Shown here piece after piece: positions 12,973 to 25,055 of a stretch of DNA of 64,000 nucleotides. A program made the position numbers and the translations under genes. The stretch lies in NCBI GenBank assembly GCA_024137785.1, contig JAHRHZ010000013.1, positions 28,539,003-28,603,002 on the forward strand, read 5' to 3'. Origin of the DNA: Ginglymostoma cirratum. Lineage: Eukaryota. The notes beneath the pieces are model-generated. The model was not told the origin of the DNA, did no database searches, and saw only the letters and a program-made list of their open reading frames with translations. The number at the start of each line of letters is the position of its first letter. Position 1 is the stretch's first letter.

Positions 12973-13808
12973 GCTCCGTTTCCTCTGCCTTCTAGATTCA
13001 CTTATTCTTGTTTTAACTTCTAAATCTATCTCAACTTCTCTCACTTCTGAGCGATGAATCTAGATCCCATTCCCCTGCCAATCTAGTTTAAATCCATCCC
13101 AACAACATTAGGATACCTCTCTTACAAGGGTGTTTGGCCATTAAGTATTTTTAAGGCAAAGGTAGATAAATTCTTTGTGAGCACTGAATCAAAAGTCATC
13201 TGTACTAGATGGGAATGTGGAATTCAAAACACAAACAAATCAACCATGTTTTATTGAATGTCGGAGTAGGATCAAGGGGCTTAATGATTTGTTTCTTCTC
13301 CTACTTTGTGTTTGTATGTTCATAGATTGCACTGTATCCCCTCTTCCCCCCTCACCGAGGTTACAAGGATGAGTATGAATGCAATCTTCTATCGTTTAGG
13401 TTCAGACTACAGAGTAGAGTGAATACTCTGTGAGTCAAGAGATAATGGAAACGTAACAAAAGGGATTTTGAGAATTATTTACTTCCTGAGAACATATGCA
13501 GGAAATTGGCTTAACTGATCAAGTTACAATCTATCCTGTGTATTTCTGTAAATCTATCCTGCGCTGTGTCGTTATGGCAGATGTAGCTCATGACACAATG
13601 CACCAACGGACCTCAATGCCTTTTCAAAATAAGTGGCAATAGTGATTTGAAAGAATCAACATAAATTCGGTTTCTAACACCCAACAAAAAAAACTTAAGA
13701 GGTTTTTTTGTTGTTTTCTTCCTACACTGTGAATGCTGTGCCTGTTTGTCAGCTGACTGTGCAATGTATGCAGGGTAAACATGCCATTATTAGTTTCCCC
13801 TTTTTCAG

Positions 13809-13879
13809 GAACATATCACACTCCATCTGGTGGCTCAGCTGTCAATTGACAAAGACCCCACTTTGTCAGCAAACTTCTG
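13809..13879 (+). other. Candidate internal exon (phase 0 to 2), EHITLHLVAQLSIDKDPTLSANF(C)
   Basis: Acceptor tttcccctttttcag|, donor CTG|gttagt, open frame, phase-compatible with 19765-19857; protein not recognised. Confidence 0.3.
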
Positions 13880-15495
13880 GTTAGTACTGAAGTGTCACTT
13901 GGGCATTCAGTACTTTACATTATCCAAATTCTGTACAGCTTTCATGCTCTATTACAAGTGTAAAGTCTTTGATTTACACCACAATAATCTCAGGTTCACA
14001 TCGCCTTACTTATAGTATGCTTTAAGACATAATTAGTGTTAAGATCTAGAAGTATTAATTTGTAACTACAGCACCTTGCAAGTATTCAAATTCATCAGTT
14101 AAGCACAATCAAACAAGTAACCACAATCATGTTGCTCCTCTTGAAAGCACTTTGATTTTACCCATTATCCTCATGTAAAATTCTTTTTTATTTTGTGAAC
14201 AAATTAGAAGACAGCTGTAATTATGATTGCTTTAGGGCTATAACAAATGTTCAGTTCAAGAGGAGCAGGGTTGTTATTAAAGGTGCCAAGGCTTTATCCT
14301 GTTGTTTAAAAATACCTGTTTTTACATGTTGGGTTTTTCTGAGAAACACCTGCACAGTCTTGTGAGGCATTCTCGTCAGCGAGTGCCTTCCGAAAATGCT
14401 TCATTCAGATCATGCCAGCGAGACCACAACTGGCAAGCCTGTGAAGTGATTAAGCTCATTCTCTCATCTGTTGTGGCGCCAGCTTGCTAGGTGCACAATT
14501 CTTTATAGGAACAGAACAGTCATGTGACAGGTCTGACCAGAGATTCCAGATGCTAATCATTATGGTTACTATAAATTATCTTTGAATTTTAGCCAAAGGC
14601 TAGTGACATTGATTTTGCAACAAAAGTATATATATTTTTTAAATCGCCTTGGTTAACCTTTGCTATAGGTTGTGCGAGAAGCCACCTCGTCCTCTTTCAT
14701 ATTTTCTTCAAACAATTTTGGGTTGATTTACGTGCTCCACACTGAACTTTAATTCTACCAACCCATTGCAATGTGATGCACAGCAATGTATGCCCATTTC
14801 AAATCCAGTTTCTTCCCGAAGTTGTAGTTGTGGAACTTTTATAACTGCTGGCAGCAACAACAGTTATGGGTGTTAGCATTTAAACAATGCAAATGCAGAT
14901 TGCTGGTTTGGGCAGGCTCCCTGCCTCCAAAATCGATGACTGCAACTTGCAGTTTAAAAATGAAACAAATTGCATAATTACAATCAACCCCAATTGATAA
15001 ATGATATTAAAACTACAGACTGGACCTAAAATTTACCTTTAATAGCACAGACTCCACAATTCATATTTTCTTTCAGGTTTTCTTTTTTTAATGGATTGGG
15101 GGAGCTCTGTCACCAAAGGTTCCGTATCCAAACAGCGTGAAAGAAAGAGAAAAGAATTGTTGCATTTATGTAGCACAGCTTCAGCGAGATTCAAATGGCA
15201 TTACGGTGAAATATGGTTTTACCTTAAGTTTGGTCACTGTCATAGCATAGGAGGCTTTGCTGCCAAACTGCACACAGCAAGGATTCCCAATTTATGAATT
15301 TGACATTGAATAGATCACTTGTTTTAGTGATGTGGGTTCAGAGCGAAATAGTTGATTGGGAAACTAGGGATCATTCCCTGCTGCAGACTGATTGGCTCTG
15401 GGATGTTTTACAACAGTATAAGTAAACTTAACACTTAGTCTGAAAGATAACACCTCTGACAATGTCACCCTTCCTCAGCAATGTGGTGAAGTATC

Positions 15496-15520
15496 TCTTT
15501 CTCTCTCTCTCTCTCTCTCT
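15496..15520 (+). repeat. (TC)n microsatellite
   Basis: ctctttctctctctctctctctctct. Confidence 0.9.
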
Positions 15521-15521
15521 A

Positions 15522-16780
15522 GCATATTGATAAAACACACATTTTCTCAAAGCTTTTTGTCTTGAACACATCAGGGTAATTCACAAGGGTATCAATTTAA
15601 GGAGAAATTTATATGAGAGGAGAGTGTTGATTGGAAAGTGTATTCTAATTGGTAGAGGTGCTGGTAAAGGAAATGCACCAGTTAATGATGATTTGCAGTC
15701 AACTGCCAAGCTTTATTTAAGTTTTAATTAGGTTGATCCTGAGTTGTCTGATTTTCCTGAGAAATGAACTAGTAGTAGATTTGGTTGTCAACATAATTCT
15801 TCATACATTCAACATTATGCACAAAATGTTAGCTCATTGCAAAATCACATCATGTATTGGACACTGCAAGTTTTGCAAGTGCAGGCTGGCTGGGTACAAA
15901 CAATATCTTGTTTGTTTCAACCAGTAAAAGAGATAATCTACCTCAGATTATCATGAAAGGGTAACCTCAAATTTAAGTAACAGATGATGAAGAGTCACAC
16001 TGGACTTGAAACATTGACTGTCTCCACAGATACTGCCAGACTTGTTGAGTTTCCCCAACACTTCCCATTTTTATTTCTGTTTCACACTGTTACTATGCAG
16101 TAGCAACATCAATGGTCGGAATACTACCATCAAGCCAAAATTATGTTCTTCCTATTACACAAATGAGTAATATGGTATATGAATTTCAGTGCTGCTGTAA
16201 TGCCAGGTATGAATGCTATATATCCCAAAGACTGGAAGTCTGTATAAAGCACCATATTCCTTCAGCTATTCACAGCAAGCAAAGTGCTGACCGTTCCCAA
16301 CTAATCCATGCTTGCAAATCTCTCAACACATATCAGATGTGACATTTGCTGCATACCCTGAGTGTATGAAGAATTACACCGAGAACCAATTTAAAATTGT
16401 CAGTTGGGTTTGGAATGTTCCACATTCTTTGCAAATAGAAGGAACATGGGCACACCCACCACAGTTGTTTCAATTCAATTCAACAAACTAGGTGTTAACC
16501 ATATACTTAACCAATCAAAGTCAAGCTGCCTGGTTTAAGATTCAAACATAGCCTGGTATTCAGTGGTAAATCATTGTTAACTGGTACATCTTCATGGTAA
16601 CACTGCTACCATTCGAAGTTTACTCGCCACCCAGTCAGTACTCTCTTCTCGTTCATTTTAAATACATGATTTTCTCACACATTGGTTTTTCCCTTAAACT
16701 ATTACTTCTGTGAATTGTCTTGATGAGTGCAAGATAAAAAGTTTTGACAAAATATGTCTTTTTTACCACATATTCAAGTT
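15522..16780 (+). mobile_element. Penelope-like element relic (family 3): GIY-YIG endonuclease fragment between inverted terminal repeats carrying decayed HHRs
   Basis: ORF 16112-16342 SNMVYEFQCCCNARYECYISQRLEVCIKHH resembles the PLE GIY-YIG motif VY.F.C.C...YVG.T...L..RI.EH; ~15525-15725 is the diverged reverse complement of ~16540-16775; ttgatgagtgcaagataaaaagtttt is a decayed core. Confidence 0.82.
15980..16085 (+). mobile_element. Family-2 Penelope HHR fragment nested inside the family-3 element
   Basis: gatgatgaagagtcacactggacttgaaacattgactgtctccacagatactgccagacttgttgagtttc. Confidence 0.7.
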
Positions 16781-16829
16781 GTGCACCACAAAATTATTAT
16801 TGTGTGAATATTCATGACCTCCATTGATG

Positions 16830-17420
16830 TAAAAACTGTCTTTAGTTGTATGATGCCCCTAATGTAATAAAATATCACAAAGCTCTTTATAATAGTGCAA
16901 TAATGCAAGATTTTACAATGAAATACGAAAGGAAATATTAGGGAAGAGGACCAAAAATTTGAGTTTTAGGAAAGATATAGGGAAGATGAAAGTTAACTGA
17001 ATGAAATGGATACATATGGATACATATTCCGTGCCAGGTATCAGACATGGAGCCTGATAATTTAAAGACAATTGAAAAGTTGGAAAAATAGTGGTGAGCC
17101 AGAGTTGGGTGTCATCAGTATCTATGTCACACTGTTTTAAGGTGATGTTGCAAAGTGATAACATGGAGATGAGAATAAATCCTTGATGCGGTCCCAAGAG
17201 GAGCAGATGATTGGCTGGAGAAACTATTGCAAATAATTTTCTGGCAATGGTTGGCTAAATAAGAATGGAACCAAATGTGAGCGGTTCTGAATGGAGAAGT
17301 ATTGGAGGAGGATGCTGCAGTGATGCAGGTCAAAGGCTACAGACGGAACAAGAAGGAACAAGTAGGGAAAGTTTTCTTTCATCAAAGTCATATAAGTTGT
17401 CCTTGCTGATTTTAATGATA
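16830..17420 (-). mobile_element. L2-clade LINE RT/3' fragment
   Basis: Minus ORF 17127-17333 WFHSYLANHCQKIICNSFSS followed by decayed PQG..L (ORF 16913-17197 PHQGFIL, DTDDTQLW). Confidence 0.7.
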
Positions 17421-17504
17421 TTCATATAAGTAATGACAAGGCCTTTTGAGAAAGAGAGTTCTGAAGATTCACAACTCTTTGAGAGAAAATAATTAACCTC
17501 ATGC

Positions 17505-18020
17505 ATACAGTTCACCCTGCTATAGGAAAGATTGCTTTAATTTGGAGAGGGTTCAGAAACAATTTACCAGGATGTTGCCAGGACTAGAGGGTTTGAGCTG
17601 TAGAGACAGGCTGGATTGGCTGGGAATTCAATTTCAATGGAGGTTGAAAAGTGATCTTATTGAGGTGTATAAAATCATAAGGAGCATAAGGAAAGTGAAT
17701 AACATGTCATTTCCCTGGAATAGGTACAATGAGGCATATTTTTAAGGTGAGAGGCGAAAGATTTAAAAGGGACCAGAGGGGCAACTTTTTCACAGAGAGT
17801 GGTTCGTGTGTGAAACGAACGGCCAGAGCCATTCGTGGATGGAAGTACAGTTACAGCACTTAAAAGACATTTGGATAGGTTCATGAATAGGAAATGTTTA
17901 GAGGTACCTGGGACAAACACAAGCCATTGGGACTAGTTTAGTTTGGGAAACTTGGTTGGCATGACGAGTTGGGCTGAAGGATCTGTTTCTGTGCAGAATG
18001 ACTCTATGACTCTATGACAG
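17505..18020 (+). mobile_element. CR1 LINE 3' fragment
   Basis: ORF 17542 ERVQKQFTRMLPGLEGLSCRDRL..DLIEVYKI; tail gactctatgactctatga. Confidence 0.92.
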
Positions 18021-18324
18021 AAGATAATTATAAAAATCCAGAAAAATACGATCTGTTAGCTTTGCAGATTGTCTAGGAAATTGCATGCATTACATTACAA
18101 TACAGAAGTTGCAGGAGTCTAAAGTATTTTCAAAGTAATTGCCTATTCACTTTTTACTAACCATGTACACTTCAGATTTAGCACAGAATCCAGACTCTTC
18201 AGTGTCTAGCCATCATCATGTGATCTATTATATCATTAGCAACATACTTTCCATTTAGACAGTCAAGTGTTAATCCTTTCTCGATTGGGATAGATTTAAA
18301 AAGCAGTAACACATTCAAGGAACT

Positions 18325-18455
18325 TCAGAAGATATGTCACTGGACTTGAAGCATTAACTCTGCTTTCCCTCCACGGATGCTGCCAGACCTGCTGAGTTTC
18401 TCCAGCAATTTCAATTTTAGTTTCAGCTTTCCAGCATCCACAGTTATTTGTTTAG
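18325..18455 (+). mobile_element. Family-2 Penelope HHR fragment
   Basis: ggacttgaagcattaactctgctttccctccacggatgctgccagacctgctgagtttctccagc..ttccagcatccacagt. Confidence 0.75.
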
Positions 18456-19438
18456 TTTTAGTGTATAACATATTCAAAGACTTCAGAAAAGAAAGGGAGG
18501 TTAAGGATGGGGTAACAGTTTGCAAGGAGCATGGAGTCATAGGGCTTTGTTTGAGCAGAGACTTGCTAACAGCAGATTTGAATGAGACAGGGATAGTACC
18601 TCAATAGAAACAATTACTCAAATCAACAGCTGATGCGGAGACCAGAAGCAGAACTTGGATGGTTGGCAGTTTAATAAGAATAGTTTCAATAAAGCAGAGG
18701 TGGGTCTCAATGATGAGTGGATCAACGAGCTGACAAGCAAGGCTCACAGCAGTCGCACAGGTTCTAGAGGCCACAGGGAGTGGGAGAAATGGACAGGGTG
18801 GAGGCGGTGAAACTGCCTGATCCAAGTGGCAGCCATCTGAGAATGACAGGTATATCATTGTGGTAATAGCCTATAACAAGGTGTGAACTGTAGATTGAAG
18901 CAGTTCAAACTGCTCAAAATAGTCAGCGCACTTTATATATTTTTTTCAAATTGACATTTATGATGAGGATAAATGCTTTGTGCAATTTATACAATGTATA
19001 GATATATGTATATACTGAATAATCTCCTTTATTAAGCACTTGGTGAGTCGAGACAAATTGTCACCTTCAGTAAAAAAAACCAGCTTAGAGGGCAGGCAAG
19101 AATTGGAACTGGACATCCAGGTACAATATAGGTCTCATCTCGCAAGTTATGAATTCTGTCCTCTTTATACTCTGACAAGAAAGTTGACAATTACAGCTGA
19201 TCCTTTAATTTGCAGAGCTCTGCATATAAATGTTAGTACAAACATAGGGGAACGAGTTGCTACAAAATGTTGGAATGTACTTGCATTATTCAATATTGCA
19301 ATATTAAACATTGTTTTGCACATTGAAAATCATGGGGTGCCCACCTACTATTTCCCAATATGCGCTCCTAGTGGGCAGGGCTTCCTACTGGTAATACACT
19401 TTGAGAAATTCATCCAAACCAAGTACATTTTATTCTCG

Positions 19439-19662
19439 AGATAGTAGGAACTGCAGATGCTGGAGAATCTGAGATAACACGGTGTTGGGCTGGATGAACA
19501 CAGCAGGCCAAGCAGCATCAGAGGAGCAGGAAAGCTGACGTTTCGGGCCTAGACCCTTTTTTTTTTTCTGAAGAAGGGTCTAGGCCCAAAACTTCAGCTT
19601 TCCTAATCCTCTGATTGCTGCTTGGCCTGCTGTGTTCGTTCAGCTCTACACCTTGTTATCTC
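19439..19662. mobile_element. Penelope-derived palindromic HHR element (family 1), copy B
   Basis: Arms 19471-~19558 and ~19574-19662 around a poly-T spacer; perfect 14 bp TSD acattttattctcg at 19425-19438 and 19663-19676; + core ctgaagaagggtctaggcccaaaac is mutated. Confidence 0.92.
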
Positions 19663-19764
19663 ACATTTTATTCTCGTTGAGGTACAGAGTGATTGTCATT
19701 TACTAAGAATGTTATCCAGTTATCTACTGCTGGATCTCAGTTTGTTTTTACCTTTGCTCCACAG

Positions 19765-19857
19765 CAATGTAACCTTGTGTGAGTCATCAAAGAATGTTAA
19801 CTTGCTTCCTGTCAAAGGAAAACTCACTATATGTTTTGGTTTGGAAGCAAGAGAAAG
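19765..19857 (+). other. Candidate symmetric 93-nt exon (phase 2 to 2), NVTLCESSKNVNLLPVKGKLTICFGLEARE
   Basis: Acceptor tttgtttttacctttgctccacag|, donor AAG|gtatga, only one frame open. Confidence 0.38.
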
Positions 19858-19984
19858 GTATGACCTGACCTAGAATATTATTTATCTATTTCTTCCTCTC
19901 CATTTATAGCCTGAAGGCACTGAGTCACGCTAAAGTACAAGACCACAGGTGCTTGCTGCTCTTCAGTACGAGTGTCATCCTACA

Positions 19985-20560
19985 ACAAAAAAGCAAAATG
20001 TTGCACGTTTTAGATCAAAATAAAAGCTGCAAATTCTGGAATCACTTAGCAGGCCAGGCAAGATATAAAGGAAAAGAAAGTCAGGTTAATGTTTCAAATT
20101 TGTCTGTTTGGTTGGAATGGGAAAATAATGGTGAGCATTAAAAAGCAAAACAGCCAAGGAAAAATGACCCAGGATAAAAATTAAAAAGAACTCCATGATT
20201 AGGTGGAGGATGAGGTGACATAAAGAGATAATAGTGTAAAGCAAGAGGAAATGGTAATGAGACCATTTGAAAAATAAAAGATATGCTTGAGATCCAAGGG
20301 TGCCGAAGAATACAAGAAAGGGAGAGAAGCCTGGAAATCTAATGAAATAGTAAAATTACAGTGACCCCCAAGCCTAGTGGGAGGGAAAGGCTGGTAGACC
20401 AGAAAATTGAGGGCTTGATTGTCATTCTGAGCACCAGTCTACAACTTCATTCACTACAGAAAGCATTGGTGTTGCCATCCAACAAGAATTGGTCATTCTT
20501 TATTCTAACTCTGGATGGGATGAAAGTGTATGGTGAACATATACACTCAGCTTTCAGATC
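19985..20560 (-). mobile_element. Old Penelope-like remnant
   Basis: Family-2-like terminus (aagcaaaatgttgc..ttagcaggccaggcaag..gttaatgtttcaa) followed by a purine-rich tract. Confidence 0.45.
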
Positions 20561-22047
20561 CATCACCTCAAATTCAACTTAAATTCTTCTCAGTTTGCTG
20601 GCTTTTATGGGTGTTATACGAAGACAATGTGGTAGTGTCTTCCCAGTGCTTAGTGGGCATGGGTCCACGACAGAATCTGCCACATACACTGCACCAAATT
20701 TGCAATTTGACAAGATGACTGCACTCAGAAATCAATGACCATGTTATTTCAGTTGGTAGCAGTGCAATAATGTTTTGTTCTAAAATCTAGCTGCCATTGC
20801 TGATCAAGGAGTGACTTAAATGAAATGCTTCATTCCCCGATAAACATCCCAGTCTTTTCTTTCCAGAAATTCTAAAACTAAATTAAAATTGTCGATTCAA
20901 GTTTTGCAGATCCCTTCGTTGCAATGTATAATGTAAAGTAAATAGATAATGTAGGCAATAAATTGTCAAAGTCATGCAACGATTGTAATGCTAAAGTAAT
21001 CATCCAGAGATCTGGAGGAAAATTCATTGGTGTGGCCCTGTTTTTCCAATTTCCCAAGGGCGGACACTGCAAGTGGCCACTGCCTGTACAGCCTGCTCAG
21101 TGCTCTTCATTGATATCAGTAAGGAAAGCTACACAGGCCATGCAAGTAGTAGCTAGCACATTGTCAATGCCCAGGGAGTCAGAAGAAATCTGTAAAAATC
21201 TACCCTCTTAGACTTAAAATTCAGGGAACATGAGTTCAAATCTCACTGTAGCAGTTTGAATTCAGTTTTCAAATACAGCTATGGTATTCTACATCCAAAC
21301 ATCTAAAAACTGAAATTGGCCAAAAATTGATATTTTTTCTTACAACACACGGAAAATTGTAAATAAAGAGAAAAAAATGACCAATTGCAAGCTGATTTAA
21401 ATACAATATGCAGTTAAATGAATGCTTATATAAATCACATCCTTGAAGTCATTTTGCAATATTTTTGGCATCCTTACTCTGAAGCTTGGATGTTAAAGAT
21501 GAGAATGAAACACAACAGACTCACCTCCCTGAGGATACCACACAAGTTCATGTAGATGTCCAAGAAGGAGGGATTGCTGACCTTGGAAGCAGCAGCTGGA
21601 TCAGCATGAAACTAGCTCATATTGAAATTAAATGTTTGTCATTATCATCGGCCTGTTCTCATTTGTTATGGCAGGTAAATTAGAAATCCTGGAAAATTGG
21701 AAATTCGGCACAGTCTCATTTCCAAGGCTCCTGGTTTTGAGAGATGGTAAGTGTGTTTGAAACTAAAATAAAAGCTGATCTTTGTAAGAGTGATCATGAG
21801 TTTGTCATAGTTAGAAGGGCAGAGGTTGTACACTAGACTGGAACAATAGAGAAGAATACAAAGCAGAATTCTGAGGTAGAACAGATTAAAGACTAAACTT
21901 TAGGCCAGGTTTCCCTGGGAATGGCAATCTCATTCAGACTGTCACAGTGGCCCTTTTCTTTTGGGAAAGAAAGGAGCTCTCCATTTCTTAAAACCTCCTC
22001 ACTGTGAGGGGATTTTGGGTTAATCCCAGTTGGGGTAAGGTGGGGTA

Positions 22048-22360
22048 GGGCACGGTGGCTCAGTGGTTAGCACTGCTGCCTCCCAGCACCAGGGATCTGG
22101 GTTCAATTCCACCGGGTGACTGTCTGTGTGGAGTTTGCACGTTCTCCCTGTGTCAGCGCAGGTTTCCTCCCAGTGTTCTGGCTTCTCCCACAGTCCAAAG
22201 ATGTGCACGATAGGTGGATTGGCCATGCTAAATTGCCTGTAGTGTTCAGGGATGTGTAGATTAGGTTGGTTATAGGGATGGGTCTGGGTGGGATGCTCTG
22301 AGGGTTGGTGTGGACTTGTTAGGCTGTAGAGCCTGTTTCCACACTGTATGGATTCTATGA
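22048..22360 (+). mobile_element. HE1-type V-SINE
   Basis: gggcacggtggctcagtggttagcactgctgcctcccagcaccagggatctgggttcaattcc..tgtgtggagtttgcacgttctccctgtgtc..gcctgtttccacactgtatggattctatga. Confidence 0.95.
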
Positions 22361-22559
22361 GATTTCACTGAGAGCTCCCTCAGATGTGGAGCTGTACTTC
22401 CAATCTGACAGCTCCTTTGAAGCACAGAACTGTCAGAGGAAGGCAAGCCATGCAGCCCTTTCACACAAATCAGATGATCAGGAGCTAGGCTGGCAGGGGT
22501 ACAAGATCAGATCAGTAGGGTGTTGGATGCCAATTTAGTAGTGTGCCCTTAGTGAAGGT

Positions 22560-23160
22560 ACATTGGGTGGGGATAGGTAGGGTGCCAATGGTAGGATAGT
22601 AGATGGGTAGGGGAAGGATGCCAAGTAAGTCAAGTAACAGGTTGCTAGAGTTTCAGTAACCAGTTAAGTAGGGTCCATGCTGGCTATGCCTTAGTGTGCC
22701 AGGTGGGTAAGATGCCAAGTGGGAAGGGTCGCAGGATGCAAAATGGTTAGGTAAGTGATGCGATGTTCAGAGTGGATCATGGTGAGTGGGAGAAATTTGG
22801 TCCAATGGGGACAGAATCAGGTTGGATCAGCTTCAATGAGGAATGGTGGGGGTAGGGGTCATTCGGATCTGGCAGCGGGGTGGGGGAAGTGTTGGGACGG
22901 GTCTGGCATGGGATGGTGCTGTGAACTAGGATCTCACTGTGAGGGTGTTTTGGGTTAATCCCATTTGGGGTAAGGTGGCGTTGGGGTTAGGGCCAATGTG
23001 GGAGGCACTCAGGTTCAGTGGGTTAGGGTGGGGAGGCTGCCTGCATGGTAGTAGCCAGGTAGAAATGGGGTTGGGTCCAACAGGGGTGAAGGGAAGTCAG
23101 GTCTGGGGAATGTTATGTCAGGGTCTGCAGGTGTGTAAGTGACCTGTGTTGGGATGTAGT
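22560..23160 (+). repeat. G-rich low-complexity tract
   Basis: Many GGG/GGGG runs and ggtag/gggtg motifs with strong G-over-C skew. Confidence 0.7.
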
Positions 23161-24810
23161 TGGCAATGTATGTGCAACTCTTATAGATGCTGGCATAATG
23201 ACTGTCTGGACAGCAGTAAGAAGGTGGGACATATTTGAAAATGATTAGATTTATTTATTTAATATATTGTCACTTGTACCTTGTTAAAGTGAAAAGGGAT
23301 AACGTGGCCACAATCTGCTGCCATCTTGGATTGCTGAATAAATAACTGAATACATTGTATAAATGGTAAAATACTCAATAAACTAATGTTAAATTGATAC
23401 TACTAAAACTGAAATAGTTTCAAAAGTTCATCTTTCCCTCTCCGTAGCCTTCACCTTCTCTGCTCCTCCGGTCGCCACCGTCTGACTTTGTCCCCAGGGT
23501 CTGTGCAATGTACTCCTTTTCTGCTGCCACCGGATCTATCGCTTCCGCTTCCACTGCCTCAGGGCTAGAGATGGTCATGCTGCACGGGTCCTCAACCTCC
23601 TCTAATGATGGGGTCCTAGCTCCGGGTCAACCAACAGGATCCTGGCCCATCTTCCAATGCTGCCACCCCAAATGGAGATGTGATGGAGACACACGGGGCC
23701 CTGGCCTCCCACAGGAAGAAATCAGGAGGCGACCCCAGCGCAACCAAAACAAGAAAAAGGTTACCGCTTATGAGAATTATGAGATTGAGGAATATAAGGG
23801 CATGGAATTTCCTGTCAGATTATATCAAGAAACCAAGAGAAATTGAATATGTAGGAAGGAAAATAAGTACAAAACCATTCTACAGGCTCTCCCTTTCCAA
23901 AGTCATTTTAGCATTTTACACCAGATAGAACATTGGGAATATAATAAAACATTTTAAATTAGTAAGGGACATACTGGTTCAAATTTCCAGCCAAAATAAT
24001 AGAGATGCTGATCGGGCTGGCTGCTACTTTTGTATAAATGGTTCAGGAATCTCAGGAGAGGACAACGTAATTGTGCTGTCTGCCTTCCTATTCAAATATA
24101 TTGAATGCCATGGAGTTTCAGCACTTATATGATAGATATAAAATCACCTTATTGCACAGAACCAAGCCATTCCAAAACTAAGTACCCTTTTTGACAATGT
24201 GTAAGTGTTAATTAATGGTAGTCAACCCCTCTGGCATTGAAAATTCACAATGAAAAGTGTTGAATCTTACTTCAGGTTTTAATTGTTACCATTTTTGCTT
24301 CAAATTTCTTCTTGTTTCTTTTATTTCTCACTCTTAGTTCAATTTCTAACGCTATCTTTGTTTCACTTTCTTTACCTGATTGGACACTGTACTCAAAACT
24401 CTAACTTACTCTTGTTTGATCAAACCTTATGCCACTAATTCACAATAATTCAATCTGATTGAATAAAGATCAAATCTAAAATGTTTGCTCTGTTCCCCAG
24501 AACCAAGGCAGTCAATATAGCACCATTGCCAACTCATACTTCCAGGAACTTGCAGAACAAAATATTGCAGGGATGCGGAAACCTAACCATCAGCACTAAT
24601 TGTTTGTCAGTTCATAACAATAACTTTTGGACCTTCACAATTAGAAATGTGTGAAATATACACCATCTGGAATGCTTTCCTAACTTGATTAGCATTAGCA
24701 ATGTCTTGGCATCCTTGGTATATATTACTGTTAAAGAATCTTGGAAGAGGGTTTAAAACTTCACCAATATAATTAACTGAATTCTGAAAACACAAATCAT
24801 ATGCCAAGCT

Positions 24811-25055
24811 GCTAAAAAAGAAGAGACATTTTGTCAAATCTCCTTGCTCTCATCAGGACACTTCATAAGGATTCCAAATTAAAGGGGAAATTAAGAGATG
24901 CCTCTATCAATCAGATTTCACTTACCAAATGATCAACATTCTCCTTTCACGCAGTATCAATGCCGGTTTCCCCCATTCCCAAATTGGCATTCTTGCAACT
25001 TGCCCTGATGAGTGCAGATAAACCATATTCAACAAAATGTGTCTCTTTTTTAGCA
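24811..25055. mobile_element. Family-3 Penelope terminal-repeat palindrome with decayed HHR cores
   Basis: gctaaaaaagaagagacattttgt..ctcatcagg (minus core 24849-24856) mirrored by ccctgatgagtgcaga..acaaaatgtgtctcttttttagc (plus core 25005-25012); similar to the ends of 15522-16780. Confidence 0.78.

Noticed and set aside
19910-19948. In-frame mini-exon LKALSHAKVQDH after a strong pyrimidine tract
   Set aside because: Would need a 52-nt intron, too short for typical vertebrate splicing, and the donor gtgctt is weak
22048-22112. tRNA genes at SINE heads (also ~5430, 56664, 60828)
   Set aside because: tRNA-derived SINE promoter regions continuing into SINE body, not complete cloverleafs
23508-23928. 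112-aa and 82-aa ORFs in a GC-richer segment
   Set aside because: No recognisable domain or convincing splice pair; probably an unclassified repeat
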